Below, piece by piece: positions 1-8,950 of a stretch of 64,000 nucleotides of DNA (positions are counted from its first letter, which is position 1; the number at the start of each line of letters is the position of its first letter). A program made the translations under genes and the position numbers. The notes beneath the pieces were generated by a model. It did not search any database. It was not told where the DNA came from and saw nothing but the letters and a program-made list of their open reading frames with translations. Source of the DNA: a virus (Duplodnaviria; Heunggongvirae; Uroviricota; Caudoviricetes; Schitoviridae); the IMG/VR virus record IMGVR_UViG_2645727700_000001, positions 1-64,000 of that record; one strand, 5' to 3'.

Positions 1-154
1 ACCATTTGACCACACAAGCATTGGAAGCTATTGCGATCTCGGCACGTAATGTAACCATTACAGCGCCCGATGGTTCTAAGACAGTACAGACAGGTGGAAT
101 GACTCAGATCTTCTATCCTAACGGACAACTTGGTATCAGATTAGGGATTAGCTA

Positions 155-499
155 ATGCCAGCAATTTTGGAGATTTTTAACCCTGACGGTTCACTGCGCT
201 TTAGCAGTGAACGGTTCAAGGTTCTTAAATATGATGGAAACTATAATGCACTCGAAAGTATGCATATTGTCACTAAAAGCGATTGGACGACTCGTTGGCA
301 AGTAGACCTCGCCATTAAGATTCCCGCAGCCAAAGGAAAAAGAGGCCTAGCCTACATTCCTTGGCTGTTCTTGGTTCAGCCTCAACGAGACCATGACTTC
401 ATTCGCACTATGACGCGAATTATCCGGTTTCCTCATAACATCAATCAAGCACAGCTTTGGGCGCATGTGAGTCAACCTGCTTTTACGGTGAGTATGTAA
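155..499 (+). CDS. hypothetical protein; N-terminus (MPxx..I.NPDGSL) is paralogous to the next ORF
   Basis: ORF track; shared N-terminal motif with ORF 501..1271. Confidence 0.4.
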   Translation: MPAILEIFNPDGSLRFSSERFKVLKYDGNYNALESMHIVTKSDWTTRWQVDLAIKIPAAKGKRGLAYIPWLFLVQPQRDHDFIRTMTRIIRFPHNINQAQLWAHVSQPAFTVSM

Positions 500-500
500 G

Positions 501-1271
501 ATGCCTGTACATTTTGATATTTATGCACCTGACGGCTCCTTGCAGCTCAGTACCGAGACAAAACCTATTGGACGGCATAAAGAGTACATAGAATGGTTTG
601 ACGGTTCTAATGGTGCCCAATACGGCACTTATATTATTGACCCTGAAAATAAGCAGCTTATTGATCAAAGGCATAATAGAGCTTTCGGTTATCCAAGGGT
701 AACTATGAAAGATGGCTACATGTACTTTATGCAACTAGCTGATGGTGCAGTGGTTAGTTTTAGCCCCGATTATGGTACGTGTATGGGTATTAGGCAGCAT
801 TCTGGGCGAGTTCTTATGGCTGATGTAAGGGAGTATAACCCGATACCTCAGCCTAACGAGCACCTGCAGGTATTTAACCAACAAGGGCAAATGGTTTGGG
901 GTTCTGAATCACTTGCCCAATCAATCCAGTTAATTGATTGGCATACTATTTGGTTCGGAGATCACACCTATCATGGAGTACCTCAGCTATTCTTTGATGT
1001 ACCCCATGATTTAGATATGAATAAAGTATTCTTCTATGTAAGCATGAATAATGCCATGTTTGGTCCGCAAGCAACTGATTCCGTTGGTGTTACTCAGTTT
1101 CCGCTACTCTACCTTCGTAGAAGGGGGCATAGGATTTTCCTACTCCCTGATTTCTATACCTACTTTAATACAATGACCCGTTACTTAACTCAGAATTTTA
1201 ATGCCAAGCTTTCATCTGCAGCAGGTGGGGATTCATTTCAAGTTCTGGTTATGTATGTACCTAACCCTTAA
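501..1271 (+). CDS. hypothetical protein, member of a small paralog family; could be tail-associated
   Basis: 256-aa ORF; N-terminus MPVHFDIYAPDGSL resembles ORF 155..499; tightly packed same-strand block. Confidence 0.45.
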   Translation: MPVHFDIYAPDGSLQLSTETKPIGRHKEYIEWFDGSNGAQYGTYIIDPENKQLIDQRHNRAFGYPRVTMKDGYMYFMQLADGAVVSFSPDYGTCMGIRQHSGRVLMADVREYNPIPQPNEHLQVFNQQGQMVWGSESLAQSIQLIDWHTIWFGDHTYHGVPQLFFDVPHDLDMNKVFFYVSMNNAMFGPQATDSVGVTQFPLLYLRRRGHRIFLLPDFYTYFNTMTRYLTQNFNAKLSSAAGGDSFQVLVMYVPNP

Positions 1272-1334
1272 TACCCAATTAACAGTGTAACGATGGAACT
1301 CGTTACACTATCTTTTTCAGTCAAGGAATGACTT

Positions 1335-1892
1335 ATGCAACTCTACTTAATTAAACCTAATGGACAATTTGGTGGTCGTATTGAAGGCACAAAACTGGAA
1401 GTGCTTGAGCAAGTCCCGCCAGATTACACATCAACGCTCTTACCGCCGCCACGAGAAACAGATTACTGGAATGGCTCAAACTGGGTGAACATCGGCCCTG
1501 CGCCTTCTGTGTATATGGTTTATGACTATGACAAGAAAGCTTGGGTTGATACACGTGTACTTGAAGATGTTCAACGTTCACATTGGGATTCGATCAAGTT
1601 TCAGCGCAACATGGCTGAATACGGTGGTTTTACCCATGATGGTATTAAATATGACTCAGACCTTAATTCACAGTGCCGTATTAACTCAGCTTTAATTTTA
1701 GGCGAACCTGTTCAATGGACTACAGCAGATGAAGGGGTAGTGGACTTCACTGTTGAGGAGTTCCGTGACTTGGCTAAATCTATGGCCGATCACATCCAAC
1801 GTGTACATGCTGCAGGTCGTGTAGCTCGCGCTGCAATCTACGATGCAACTACTGTTGCTGAGGTTGAAGCTGTTAAATTCTTTGTGGGGTAA
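1335..1892 (+). CDS. hypothetical protein
   Basis: 185-aa ORF; SD-like AAGGAAT upstream; N-terminal IKPNGQFGG loosely resembles the upstream paralogs. Confidence 0.45.
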   Translation: MQLYLIKPNGQFGGRIEGTKLEVLEQVPPDYTSTLLPPPRETDYWNGSNWVNIGPAPSVYMVYDYDKKAWVDTRVLEDVQRSHWDSIKFQRNMAEYGGFTHDGIKYDSDLNSQCRINSALILGEPVQWTTADEGVVDFTVEEFRDLAKSMADHIQRVHAAGRVARAAIYDATTVAEVEAVKFFVG

Positions 1893-1894
1893 TT

Positions 1895-2728
1895 ATGCGG
1901 CAAGTCATTGGGGTTGGTGTACAACCCAACGATAAGAAAGGAGATCCTGCAAGAACCGGTATTCAGAAAGCCAATATGAACTTTCTGGAACTGTGGTCGT
2001 TTTTGGCAGGGTATTTGGGAGCAGATAAGCTTCCAGATGCAATTCCAGTACTCCGAGGGGGTACAGGAGCAACTACTGCGGAAGGTGCACGTAAAGCCTT
2101 AGGTATTGGAGATGCTGCAACTAAAGCAGTGGGTAATGAGGAAGGTAATTTGTTTGTGGTGGGAACAGTTGGTATTGGTACTGACTTGGCACCGACCACT
2201 CTACAATCTAAGCAGTCTAAACCAAACCAGTTTAAATCAGGTGAATTCACTTGGCTTAACTCAGATCGTATGACGGCTTTGACTCTCGGTACACGTGATG
2301 CAGGTATCAAGGCTCAGTTTGGTATTCGTGACGTTACCACTGTACCTACTTGCTCTTACCGTGGCTCTCGTGCAGGGACAGGTGAATTTAGTCCATGGTT
2401 TGATCTGTATGGTGGTTCTAATGCAATCACTACCGTAAATGGCAACATCAAGGCAGCGAACAACTCACTGCGTTTGTACCATGATGAAGCGGTGACTCAG
2501 TACGGGGAGAAAGTCTTTTCTTCGTTCAGAGATGGTGTGTATACGTTACTCGCTACAAACCTTGACACATCAAATTGGACTTTAGAAGTTCCAATGGATT
2601 ATAAAGGTGTCGTTGAATTTGAAGCGGCAGTAGCACAGGCAGGAAGCTCGGTTACTGTTACCGTCACTAAAGGCGGTAAACCGTTTCAGATTCCTAAAGG
2701 TAAATGGATTGACCTTCATATTAAGTAA
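1895..2728 (+). CDS. hypothetical protein, possibly a virion/tail component
   Basis: 277-aa ORF directly abutting the previous gene; Gly/Thr-rich segments. Confidence 0.4.
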   Translation: MRQVIGVGVQPNDKKGDPARTGIQKANMNFLELWSFLAGYLGADKLPDAIPVLRGGTGATTAEGARKALGIGDAATKAVGNEEGNLFVVGTVGIGTDLAPTTLQSKQSKPNQFKSGEFTWLNSDRMTALTLGTRDAGIKAQFGIRDVTTVPTCSYRGSRAGTGEFSPWFDLYGGSNAITTVNGNIKAANNSLRLYHDEAVTQYGEKVFSSFRDGVYTLLATNLDTSNWTLEVPMDYKGVVEFEAAVAQAGSSVTVTVTKGGKPFQIPKGKWIDLHIK

Positions 2729-2731
2729 ATC

Positions 2732-2749
2732 TACTTACTTAAGTAAGTA
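2732..2749. promoter_or_regulatory. palindrome element TACTTACTTAAGTAAGTA, 9 bp upstream of the endolysin start
   Basis: 18-bp perfect palindrome. Confidence 0.5.
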
Positions 2750-2757
2750 AACAAGGA

Positions 2758-3291
2758 GTGTTTATGAAGATTATTACAATTACTGCCGGGCACAGTAATA
2801 CTGACCCTGGTGCAGTAAATGGAAAGCGTACAGAGGCGGAGATTGCTGCTGATATGCGTAACATGGTTGCTCACTACTTAAAGGCTGCAGGTGTGACTAT
2901 CCGTACTGATGGTACTGGTCAAACCAACTTGCCTTTACGTACTGCAATCACATTGGCCAAAGGTGCACATGCTGCAGTTGAGTTCCACTGTAATGCAGGG
3001 CCAGCCTCGGCTCGCGGTGTTGAAGCACTGTCACAAGCAAAGGACAAGGTACTGTCACAGAAGCTTTGTGGTGCAATCAATTCAGTATTGGGCATCCCGC
3101 TTCGTGGGGACAAAGGTTGGAAACCTGAGAACTCTGGCCAGCATACTCGCTTAGGTTATGTTCAGGCTGGTGGAATTGTTCTGGAACTATTCTTCATCTC
3201 AAACAACGCTGAATTGGCTTTGTGGGATGCTAAAAAATGGTTAGTAGCGAAAGCTGTAGCGGAGGTGTTAATTGCCGAAGCTCGTAGTTAA
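2758..3291 (+). CDS. N-acetylmuramoyl-L-alanine amidase (Amidase_3 family) endolysin
   Basis: N-terminal ITAGHSNTDPGAV matches the Amidase_3 motif xDxGHGGxDxGA; RBS AAGGAG 8 nt upstream; followed by spanin genes. Confidence 0.75.
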   Translation: MFMKIITITAGHSNTDPGAVNGKRTEAEIAADMRNMVAHYLKAAGVTIRTDGTGQTNLPLRTAITLAKGAHAAVEFHCNAGPASARGVEALSQAKDKVLSQKLCGAINSVLGIPLRGDKGWKPENSGQHTRLGYVQAGGIVLELFFISNNAELALWDAKKWLVAKAVAEVLIAEARS

Positions 3292-3745
3292 CGCTATTTG
3301 CTTTGTATTCAAGCACTTTTGGGCCTTCCTGAGTGCTTGGTTCTTTATCCTGTTATTGGTCAATGACTATCGACTGACTCAGGTAAAGCAAGAGTACAAA
3401 GATCATATCGAAACAACCGAATTTGCCATTAAGGATATGAACATCAAGTGGCAAACCAAAATGAACACTGCAGAGAAGGAATTTAATGAAAAAGTCGCTC
3501 AGCTTAATGCTGATAACGCTGTCCTCATTGATCGTGCTAACGGGTTGTCAGAGCAACTCAGTAAAGCTCAATCCAAATGGGTTACAGCTTCCAGCGAGTC
3601 CAAAACTGAGTACACCAATACCCTCAGTAACGTATTCAAACAGTGCGTCGCAGAATATAAAGACCTGGCAGTCAAAGCTGATGGACACGCACTTGATGCG
3701 ATAAGGTTAAAGCAAGCTTGGCCAACAACCGATGAACCTCCTTAA
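3272..3745 (+). CDS. i-spanin (Rz-like): N-terminal TM helix plus coiled-coil
   Basis: N-terminal hydrophobic segment FWAFLSAWFFILLLV followed by a charged coiled-coil region; overlaps the endolysin 3' end; contains an embedded lipoprotein ORF. Confidence 0.55.
   Translation: MPKLVVNAICFVFKHFWAFLSAWFFILLLVNDYRLTQVKQEYKDHIETTEFAIKDMNIKWQTKMNTAEKEFNEKVAQLNADNAVLIDRANGLSEQLSKAQSKWVTASSESKTEYTNTLSNVFKQCVAEYKDLAVKADGHALDAIRLKQAWPTTDEPP
3486..3704 (+). CDS. o-spanin (Rz1-like outer-membrane lipoprotein) embedded in another frame of the i-spanin gene
   Basis: Signal peptide with lipobox LTGC, proline-rich mature region (PASPKLSTPIP); wholly embedded in 3272..3745 in a different frame, the classic Rz/Rz1 arrangement. 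Confidence 0.55.
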   Translation: MKKSLSLMLITLSSLIVLTGCQSNSVKLNPNGLQLPASPKLSTPIPSVTYSNSASQNIKTWQSKLMDTHLMR

Positions 3746-4002
3746 AGGAGGTTCTGTTGTTCTGGGAGGCTATAAAAGGCTTCAAATGATTTAGGTTTGG
3801 TGGATGGTCCACCTTGTATAACAATAAGTAAATTCAGGATTGTATGTACTCTGACATACTCGTCATGTACAGAGATACGTCTTAGCCCATCTACCTTAGG
3901 GGCACTTTCAATTAATGAGTACAGCTTGGTTGTGTACTCATTAACAGTCTTATGAAGCCCTTTGGCTTCAATTTCTTTTGTTAGATCTTCAAATGATCGC
4001 AT
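3742..4002 (-). CDS. hypothetical protein
   Basis: 86-aa ORF convergent with the lysis cassette. Confidence 0.35.
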   Translation of the reverse strand: MRSFEDLTKEIEAKGLHKTVNEYTTKLYSLIESAPKVDGLRRISVHDEYVRVHTILNLLIVIQGGPSTKPKSFEAFYSLPEQQNLL

Positions 4003-4303
4003 GATGCACCAGATAGAATAAAAGCCCCATATAGGAGCTTTTATTGTGGTACATTACGAGTGCCTTAGCAATAAGGCTCAAGGCGACCCGTAATGGTTAG
4101 ACATTACCATAGACCTTGGAGTGTCTACGATGAACCGTGTACTCATCGTTGTCGTTACGTTGGTATTACTACTGATCAGTCAGGCAGTTTACTAACATAA
4201 CGGGGTGGGGTAGTTACAGCTACCTCACCTTCTCCAAGTAAATATAGAACAATATACCGCACAAATCAATATAACTATTTATTCTAATCTGTGTGGGTGG
4301 GGG

Positions 4304-4549
4304 TTACTTTGCAAGCTGGGTATCGTCAGCTAACCATTCTTCTTCTGTCATTTCCCCAAGATAGTTAATACTATCTAAAGTGATCGTAGTTGCATTAGGG
4401 TTTACACGCTTAGCATCTTGTAAAAATACATCAGAAATCATATTAATTGCTGCAGCACTTACATAGGGAAACTTGCGCTCAAGAACTAATGTATGGTGTG
4501 TACCGGCATCAGATGATGCTACACAAAAGTAACGATGTGATTTTGCCAT
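4304..4549 (-). CDS. hypothetical protein
   Basis: 81-aa ORF; start ATG overlaps the upstream gene's stop. Confidence 0.35.
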   Translation of the reverse strand: MAKSHRYFCVASSDAGTHHTLVLERKFPYVSAAAINMISDVFLQDAKRVNPNATTITLDSINYLGEMTEEEWLADDTQLAK

Positions 4550-5196
4550 TAGGCAGCTCCTTTAAGGGGTAGACCGAGCTGTTTATTAAGGTGGTTTTTG
4601 TCTAACAATGCAATAGGCATAGGTTGCGTTTTAACCACTGGTTCCAAATGTTCGATCAATGGCTTAACTTCTGGCCACTGTTCATATAATTTGAAGAAGT
4701 TGCCCGCAGTACGGATGATGTTGGTCATCTCCTCAGTGAACGCTTCATACTCTACGTCCAGGTCTACAAGATCTGATTGGATCTCAAGAATTTCATTGAT
4801 CTCTTTGTGGTCTACATGAAACTCAATCCATTTGTCAGACATGAAGTACGGGAATAGTTCAGCCTTTTCTAAGTAGATAACAAGATCTGACACCATATCA
4901 GTGCGTGTACGCTGTTCTGAGCCATAATAATAAGTGGTACGTTTAGCAACTTTAACCTTCTCGCCTTTGTCATCGACAATGCGTAGGTTGATTGAGCGTG
5001 TCTTTGGGAGCCAGCCGTTAGGGAGTTTCTCCATATCGCGCTTACGGTTTCCAAGAAGGATGTCATATACACGCTGAACTACAGCGTATTTCTTTTTGTT
5101 GAGTTCTGCTTTAAGTCCAGAGAACTTACGTTGTGCAAGTACGTTTACGATGTCGGTGATGTCACCTTGTTTGAATTTACGTTTTAATGGATTCAT
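4549..5196 (-). CDS. hypothetical protein
   Basis: 215-aa ORF with good coding texture. Confidence 0.45.
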   Translation of the reverse strand: MNPLKRKFKQGDITDIVNVLAQRKFSGLKAELNKKKYAVVQRVYDILLGNRKRDMEKLPNGWLPKTRSINLRIVDDKGEKVKVAKRTTYYYGSEQRTRTDMVSDLVIYLEKAELFPYFMSDKWIEFHVDHKEINEILEIQSDLVDLDVEYEAFTEEMTNIIRTAGNFFKLYEQWPEVKPLIEHLEPVVKTQPMPIALLDKNHLNKQLGLPLKGAA

Positions 5197-5208
5197 GTTT
5201 ATATCCTA

Positions 5209-5403
5209 TTACTTTGAATTTCTATAAGTTTTCTTGGCTTCTAAAAACCAATCAAGGGTTACGCAAATAGCTAGAAGCAGCACTAATGCGCTTCCAAAGA
5301 ACTCGGCACTAAAGCCCTGGGTAAAGTAAAAATAGCCTAAGCAAATTAGAGCCATTAACGTTATTAACAGTCCAAAAATGAACGAGATGTAAGGTAAGCG
5401 CAT
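5209..5403 (-). CDS. small membrane protein
   Basis: 64-aa ORF, two hydrophobic helices. Confidence 0.35.
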   Translation of the reverse strand: MRLPYISFIFGLLITLMALICLGYFYFTQGFSAEFFGSALVLLLAICVTLDWFLEAKKTYRNSK

Positions 5404-5413
5404 AGGTAAATTA

Positions 5414-5431
5414 AAAGCCCCGAAGGGCTTT
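5414..5431 (-). terminator. hairpin AAAGCCC-CGAA-GGGCTTT downstream of the SPFH gene
   Basis: 7-bp GC-rich stem, T-rich tail on the minus strand. Confidence 0.5.
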
Positions 5432-5513
5432 GTATAAAAGGTAAATGGGAAGCGTTAGTGCTTGGCCAACGGCCATGAGCACTAACGTTGATATGAAACA
5501 GATTAAGTACACA

Positions 5514-6335
5514 TTACTTAACGTTCAGAAGGGGAGTAGCGGAGCCGTTGCCCATAAGAACTGTATGCGTACCTTTACCTGCAAAGGCTTGTTGTGCATC
5601 AATTTCCATCTTGCGGATCAGCATTGGTGATAGAGATGCAGCAATCACACGGTTTGCATCAGCTTCGGCTTTTGCAGTGGTAAGGCGTACTTCTGCCTGT
5701 GCCAACGCTAAAGCTTTCTGACCTTCTGCACGGTTGATTTCAAATTGAACCTGAGCTGCCTGACGGATCGCTTCTTCTAAGCGTGGGTCAGTAGTTAATG
5801 AACGTACTGTCGCACCTGGAATATGGAATACGCCCGGCATTTCTTTATTCAAAGATTTCTGCAGTTCAGTCACTACATCTGCAGCAATTTCATCACGATG
5901 TTTATGGATCTCACCTGAATCAAACTTCGCTACAGCTTTGAAGATGGCTTCCTGAGCGTGACGCTTAACGTAACGTTCACCTACTACTTGGTCGCCGTCA
6001 GCGTTAAAAGATAAGTCACCTGCAAGTTTTGCAAGGGTCTCAGCCACACGGTTTGGGGCGATTGTGTAGCGCACATCAATGGCTACTTGTTGCATCGTTA
6101 CGTTGTCTTTGGTCTTTGGCTTAAGGTTTGCCAAAGGCACAGTCGTTTCACGTACACTGATTACTTTGATTGACTGGGTAAAAGTCTGATGAATACCAGG
6201 GGAAAGCTCCTCTGTTTTCATTTTGCCCAATGCCCAAGCTACGCCTACATGACCGGTTTCAACCTTTTCGTAGAAACAGCCTGTTAAGCCTAAAGTTGCG
6301 ATGCTGAGTGTGAGGATTCCAAGTAACTTTTTCAC
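5514..6335 (-). CDS. SPFH/band-7 (stomatin/prohibitin/HflKC-like) domain lipoprotein
   Basis: Signal peptide with lipobox LTGC; long Ala/Glu/Gln-rich coiled-coil typical of the SPFH C-terminal region (EINRAEGQKALALAQAEVRLTTAKAEADANRVIA). Confidence 0.65.
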   Translation of the reverse strand: MKKLLGILTLSIATLGLTGCFYEKVETGHVGVAWALGKMKTEELSPGIHQTFTQSIKVISVRETTVPLANLKPKTKDNVTMQQVAIDVRYTIAPNRVAETLAKLAGDLSFNADGDQVVGERYVKRHAQEAIFKAVAKFDSGEIHKHRDEIAADVVTELQKSLNKEMPGVFHIPGATVRSLTTDPRLEEAIRQAAQVQFEINRAEGQKALALAQAEVRLTTAKAEADANRVIAASLSPMLIRKMEIDAQQAFAGKGTHTVLMGNGSATPLLNVK

Positions 6336-6338
6336 TGT

Positions 6339-6521
6339 TTAAGTCCCTATAAGTGAGATTTGAATAATTAAGATGAACGCGATAATAGTTAGGCAGATTT
6401 GCCAACTGTATTTGTTGAGGATTTTCAATACAGTGCCACGTATGGCCTTGTTAGAAATTCCGAAGATAAGTGAAGCTAAAAGTGCGAGCACGAATAACCA
6501 TTTAATTGCCAATCCGAGCAT
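6339..6521 (-). CDS. small two-TM membrane protein immediately upstream of the SPFH gene (NfeD-like partner?)
   Basis: 60-aa ORF with two hydrophobic helices; 3-bp gap to the SPFH gene. Confidence 0.4.
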   Translation of the reverse strand: MLGLAIKWLFVLALLASLIFGISNKAIRGTVLKILNKYSWQICLTIIAFILIIQISLIGT

Positions 6522-6560
6522 TAATAACCCTCGCCCATGAGCAAACTCCTTTTAATTATC

Positions 6561-6578
6561 TACTTACTTAAGTAAGTA
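6561..6578. promoter_or_regulatory. palindrome element TACTTACTTAAGTAAGTA upstream of minus-strand gene 6339..6521
   Basis: 18-bp perfect palindrome. Confidence 0.5.
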
Positions 6579-6626
6579 AATAGGGTTAATAAAAAATGCT
6601 AGTGTGGTGCACTAACATTGGTGAGA

Positions 6627-6929
6627 TTAAGGAAGCAACTCTTTAAGTGCATCCACGTTATCTAAAGCCTTGAGAACTACATTAGCGGGTAGATAGTTCG
6701 CACGGAACTCCGTATCTGTATATGACTTAAAGCCACCATCTCGTTGCACGAGCCAGTCCCCTACATTCAAACGCATATTACCTTCTGGTAATGGCAGGAT
6801 CATGTATTCTAGTTTGCCTTCTCCTAAGACATTACTAGGGTATATGTACGTGCCATCAATAATCCATGATGTGAGGGCGTATGATGAATTAAGTGTTCCG
6901 GTAAATTGATGTGCTTTGATCATTTCCAA
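6627..6929 (-). CDS. hypothetical protein
   Basis: 100-aa ORF. Confidence 0.4.
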   Translation of the reverse strand: MEMIKAHQFTGTLNSSYALTSWIIDGTYIYPSNVLGEGKLEYMILPLPEGNMRLNVGDWLVQRDGGFKSYTDTEFRANYLPANVVLKALDNVDALKELLP

Positions 6930-6975
6930 GACCTAAGATATAAAACAGCCACGGACTGTCTCTGGGTGTTTACAT

Positions 6976-7623
6976 TTACTTTTGTGTATTGAGTTGCTTA
7001 ATAATCATTTGAGACCATGGTTCGTACGCAGAGATCTCATTTAGTAAGTCCTCTGGTGCAGACCATTTTTGATCTTGTGTTTCATCTGTTTCTGCAATTA
7101 GTTTGGTATCAACTACAACGTTAACCCACAAACCAATATGTACAGCAGATACAGGGTCATTTAGTACAGCTAAAGCTAACTGAACGCCTGAAAGATCTGG
7201 TGTAAGGAAGTAGCCAATTTCTTCGCTCAATTCACGTGTAATTGAAGCTTCGAGAGTTGCTACGGCATTAATATTGCCTTCGTCATCCAGCACCACATCC
7301 GCAATGTCAGTATGACCGCCAACGCCAATGCTACGAAGGGCTGCAAGGCCTTTCTCACCGCCGTTTGTACCGCGAGAGTATGAAAGGTACTTACCATCTT
7401 CATTCTGAATGGTTACATACCCCAAGATTTGCGGGAAAGCATGGGCGATGTCATAGTTCAAGAGGCTCTTGTCAGAGGCATCCACAACACTGCGGTTGAG
7501 AAAGTGGTAATTGTTAGCAAAAATCTTCGCTAAGTTAACTGGATAAATACCAGGTGTTTCCGGGTCAATGTGCGAGCACTTAAGTAATGCATCTAATGCT
7601 ACGCATAAAACTGCAGGTTTCAT
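6976..7623 (-). CDS. hypothetical protein
   Basis: 215-aa ORF; palindrome element about 50 bp upstream. Confidence 0.45.
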   Translation of the reverse strand: MKPAVLCVALDALLKCSHIDPETPGIYPVNLAKIFANNYHFLNRSVVDASDKSLLNYDIAHAFPQILGYVTIQNEDGKYLSYSRGTNGGEKGLAALRSIGVGGHTDIADVVLDDEGNINAVATLEASITRELSEEIGYFLTPDLSGVQLALAVLNDPVSAVHIGLWVNVVVDTKLIAETDETQDQKWSAPEDLLNEISAYEPWSQMIIKQLNTQK

Positions 7624-7665
7624 TGGTTTCTCCTATGCGGAAAGAATTGTATGTCTAAAGTATCT

Positions 7666-7688
7666 ATTTACTCAAGTAAGTAAGTAAA
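7666..7688. promoter_or_regulatory. degenerate palindrome element (TTACTCAAGTAAGTAAGTAA) upstream of minus gene 6976..7623
   Basis: imperfect copy of the family. Confidence 0.4.
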
Positions 7689-7695
7689 CAAAGGT

Positions 7696-7953
7696 TCAGA
7701 CGTTGATTTGAATGGTTTGGTTTTCGATCAAACGGATGATTAGAAAAAACGCTAAAGCGAAGGGAATAATCCAAAAAGGGAATAACAGTATCATACCTGC
7801 TTTTGCAAATAGCCTAAGCAAATCTACAACTGTATAAAATGTTTTAACCATTTGATTTAAAACTTCTTTCCCTATATCACTACATACTGTAGGATAGTTT
7901 TTCACGGCACGTTTGACTAAGTTTGATGTTTGAAAGAGTGTTGTAGGTCTCAT
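7696..7953 (-). CDS. small membrane protein
   Basis: 85-aa ORF with a hydrophobic segment ILLFPFWIIPFALAFFLII. Confidence 0.35.
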   Translation of the reverse strand: MRPTTLFQTSNLVKRAVKNYPTVCSDIGKEVLNQMVKTFYTVVDLLRLFAKAGMILLFPFWIIPFALAFFLIIRLIENQTIQINV

Positions 7954-8020
7954 ATATACCTCATACCTGCTTAGGCTATTTCAATTTAAGAAATGTTTTG
8001 TTACATTTACGATTTGTAGT

Positions 8021-8050
8021 CTTACTTGCTTACTTAATTACTTACTTGAT
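8021..8050. repeat. direct array of CTTACTT half-sites (cttacttgcttacttaattacttacttga) upstream of parA
   Basis: three direct half-site copies. Confidence 0.4.
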
Positions 8051-8062
8051 TAAATAGGTCTC

Positions 8063-8080
8063 ACAGAGAGACCGTAAAAA
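8063..8080. promoter_or_regulatory. dyad element GGTCTCAcagAGAGACC upstream of parA (putative operator), related to the downstream tandem array
   Basis: Imperfect inverted repeat 8 bp upstream of the parA start; same half-site as the 9596-9805 repeats. Confidence 0.5.
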
Positions 8081-8087
8081 TATAAAT

Positions 8088-8702
8088 ATGAAAACAGTGG
8101 TAATTGCATCCCGAAAGGGTGGGTCTGGAAAGACCACAAATGCGCGTAACTTTGCTGTTGCTTTGATAAAGCGTGGCAAGCGTGTTCTACTAATTGATAC
8201 TGACCTTCAAGGTACTCTATCAAAATGGTGGAATCGCCGTACTGTTGAAGACTTAGACTTATTAGTAGTGCCCTACAGCCAAATTAAAGAGGCTCAAGCT
8301 AGTGCACTACGTGCGGGGTATGACTATCTAATTATTGATACACCGCCGGACTCTAATGAGGCAATCGAAGGTACTGTCAGTATTGCTGACTTTATCTTGG
8401 TTCCTTGCAAAGCCAGTCCGGATGACATCGAAGCTGTTGTGGAAACGCATAAGCTGATTCAGAACGCTGGCAAAGACTTTACGTTTATTGTGAATGAGGC
8501 TAAGCCAAATACAAGCTTACTGACATTGGCATTAGAAACACTGTCACAGCTTGGGCCAATAGCACCAACACAATACAACTACATCTCACATCCTACATCT
8601 GCAGTGTCAGGCTCAACTGTAATTGATACAGAGCCAAGCTCTAAAGCTGCAGAAGATGTAGTCAAACTCACTAATTATGTACTCAGTCGCGTCGGAGAGT
8701 AA
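8088..8702 (+). CDS. parA: ParA/Soj-family partition ATPase (small, type Ib-like)
   Basis: Deviant Walker A KGGSGKTT and the LLIDTDLQGT motif (ParA D-x-D-P-Q-G signature); 204 aa without an N-terminal HTH. Confidence 0.8.
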   Translation: MKTVVIASRKGGSGKTTNARNFAVALIKRGKRVLLIDTDLQGTLSKWWNRRTVEDLDLLVVPYSQIKEAQASALRAGYDYLIIDTPPDSNEAIEGTVSIADFILVPCKASPDDIEAVVETHKLIQNAGKDFTFIVNEAKPNTSLLTLALETLSQLGPIAPTQYNYISHPTSAVSGSTVIDTEPSSKAAEDVVKLTNYVLSRVGE

Positions 8703-8704
8703 CA

Positions 8705-8950
8705 ATGGGCAAAGCACCTTTATCATTAGACAGTCTTAAACAGGTTGCTGAGCAATCTGCGCCTGCTCAAACTTCTGGCCAACCGGATGTGGTAAAATCA
8801 GATGCACCACAGGTTACAAAGCAGTTATCTGTTAAAGTAACCTTACCTGTGTATGAGCGTTTGCGTAAAGCTGCTTATACGCTTGAAATGTCGCATCAGG
8901 ACATTGGTTCGGATGCTGTTGCGGAATGGCTAACGAAAAATGGATTCTAA
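8705..8950 (+). CDS. small protein downstream of parA (candidate ParG/ParB-like centromere-binding partner)
   Basis: 81-aa ORF, 3 bp after parA, overlaps the next gene; position typical for a type Ib partner. Confidence 0.45.
   Translation: MGKAPLSLDSLKQVAEQSAPAQTSGQPDVVKSDAPQVTKQLSVKVTLPVYERLRKAAYTLEMSHQDIGSDAVAEWLTKNGF

Noticed and set aside
1357-1581. Antisense ORFs overlapping confident genes (1357..1581 minus, 1963..2310 minus, 15560..15793 plus, 18109..18351 plus, etc.)
   Set aside because: They lie entirely within longer same-block genes with better coding texture and motif support; typical frame shadows.
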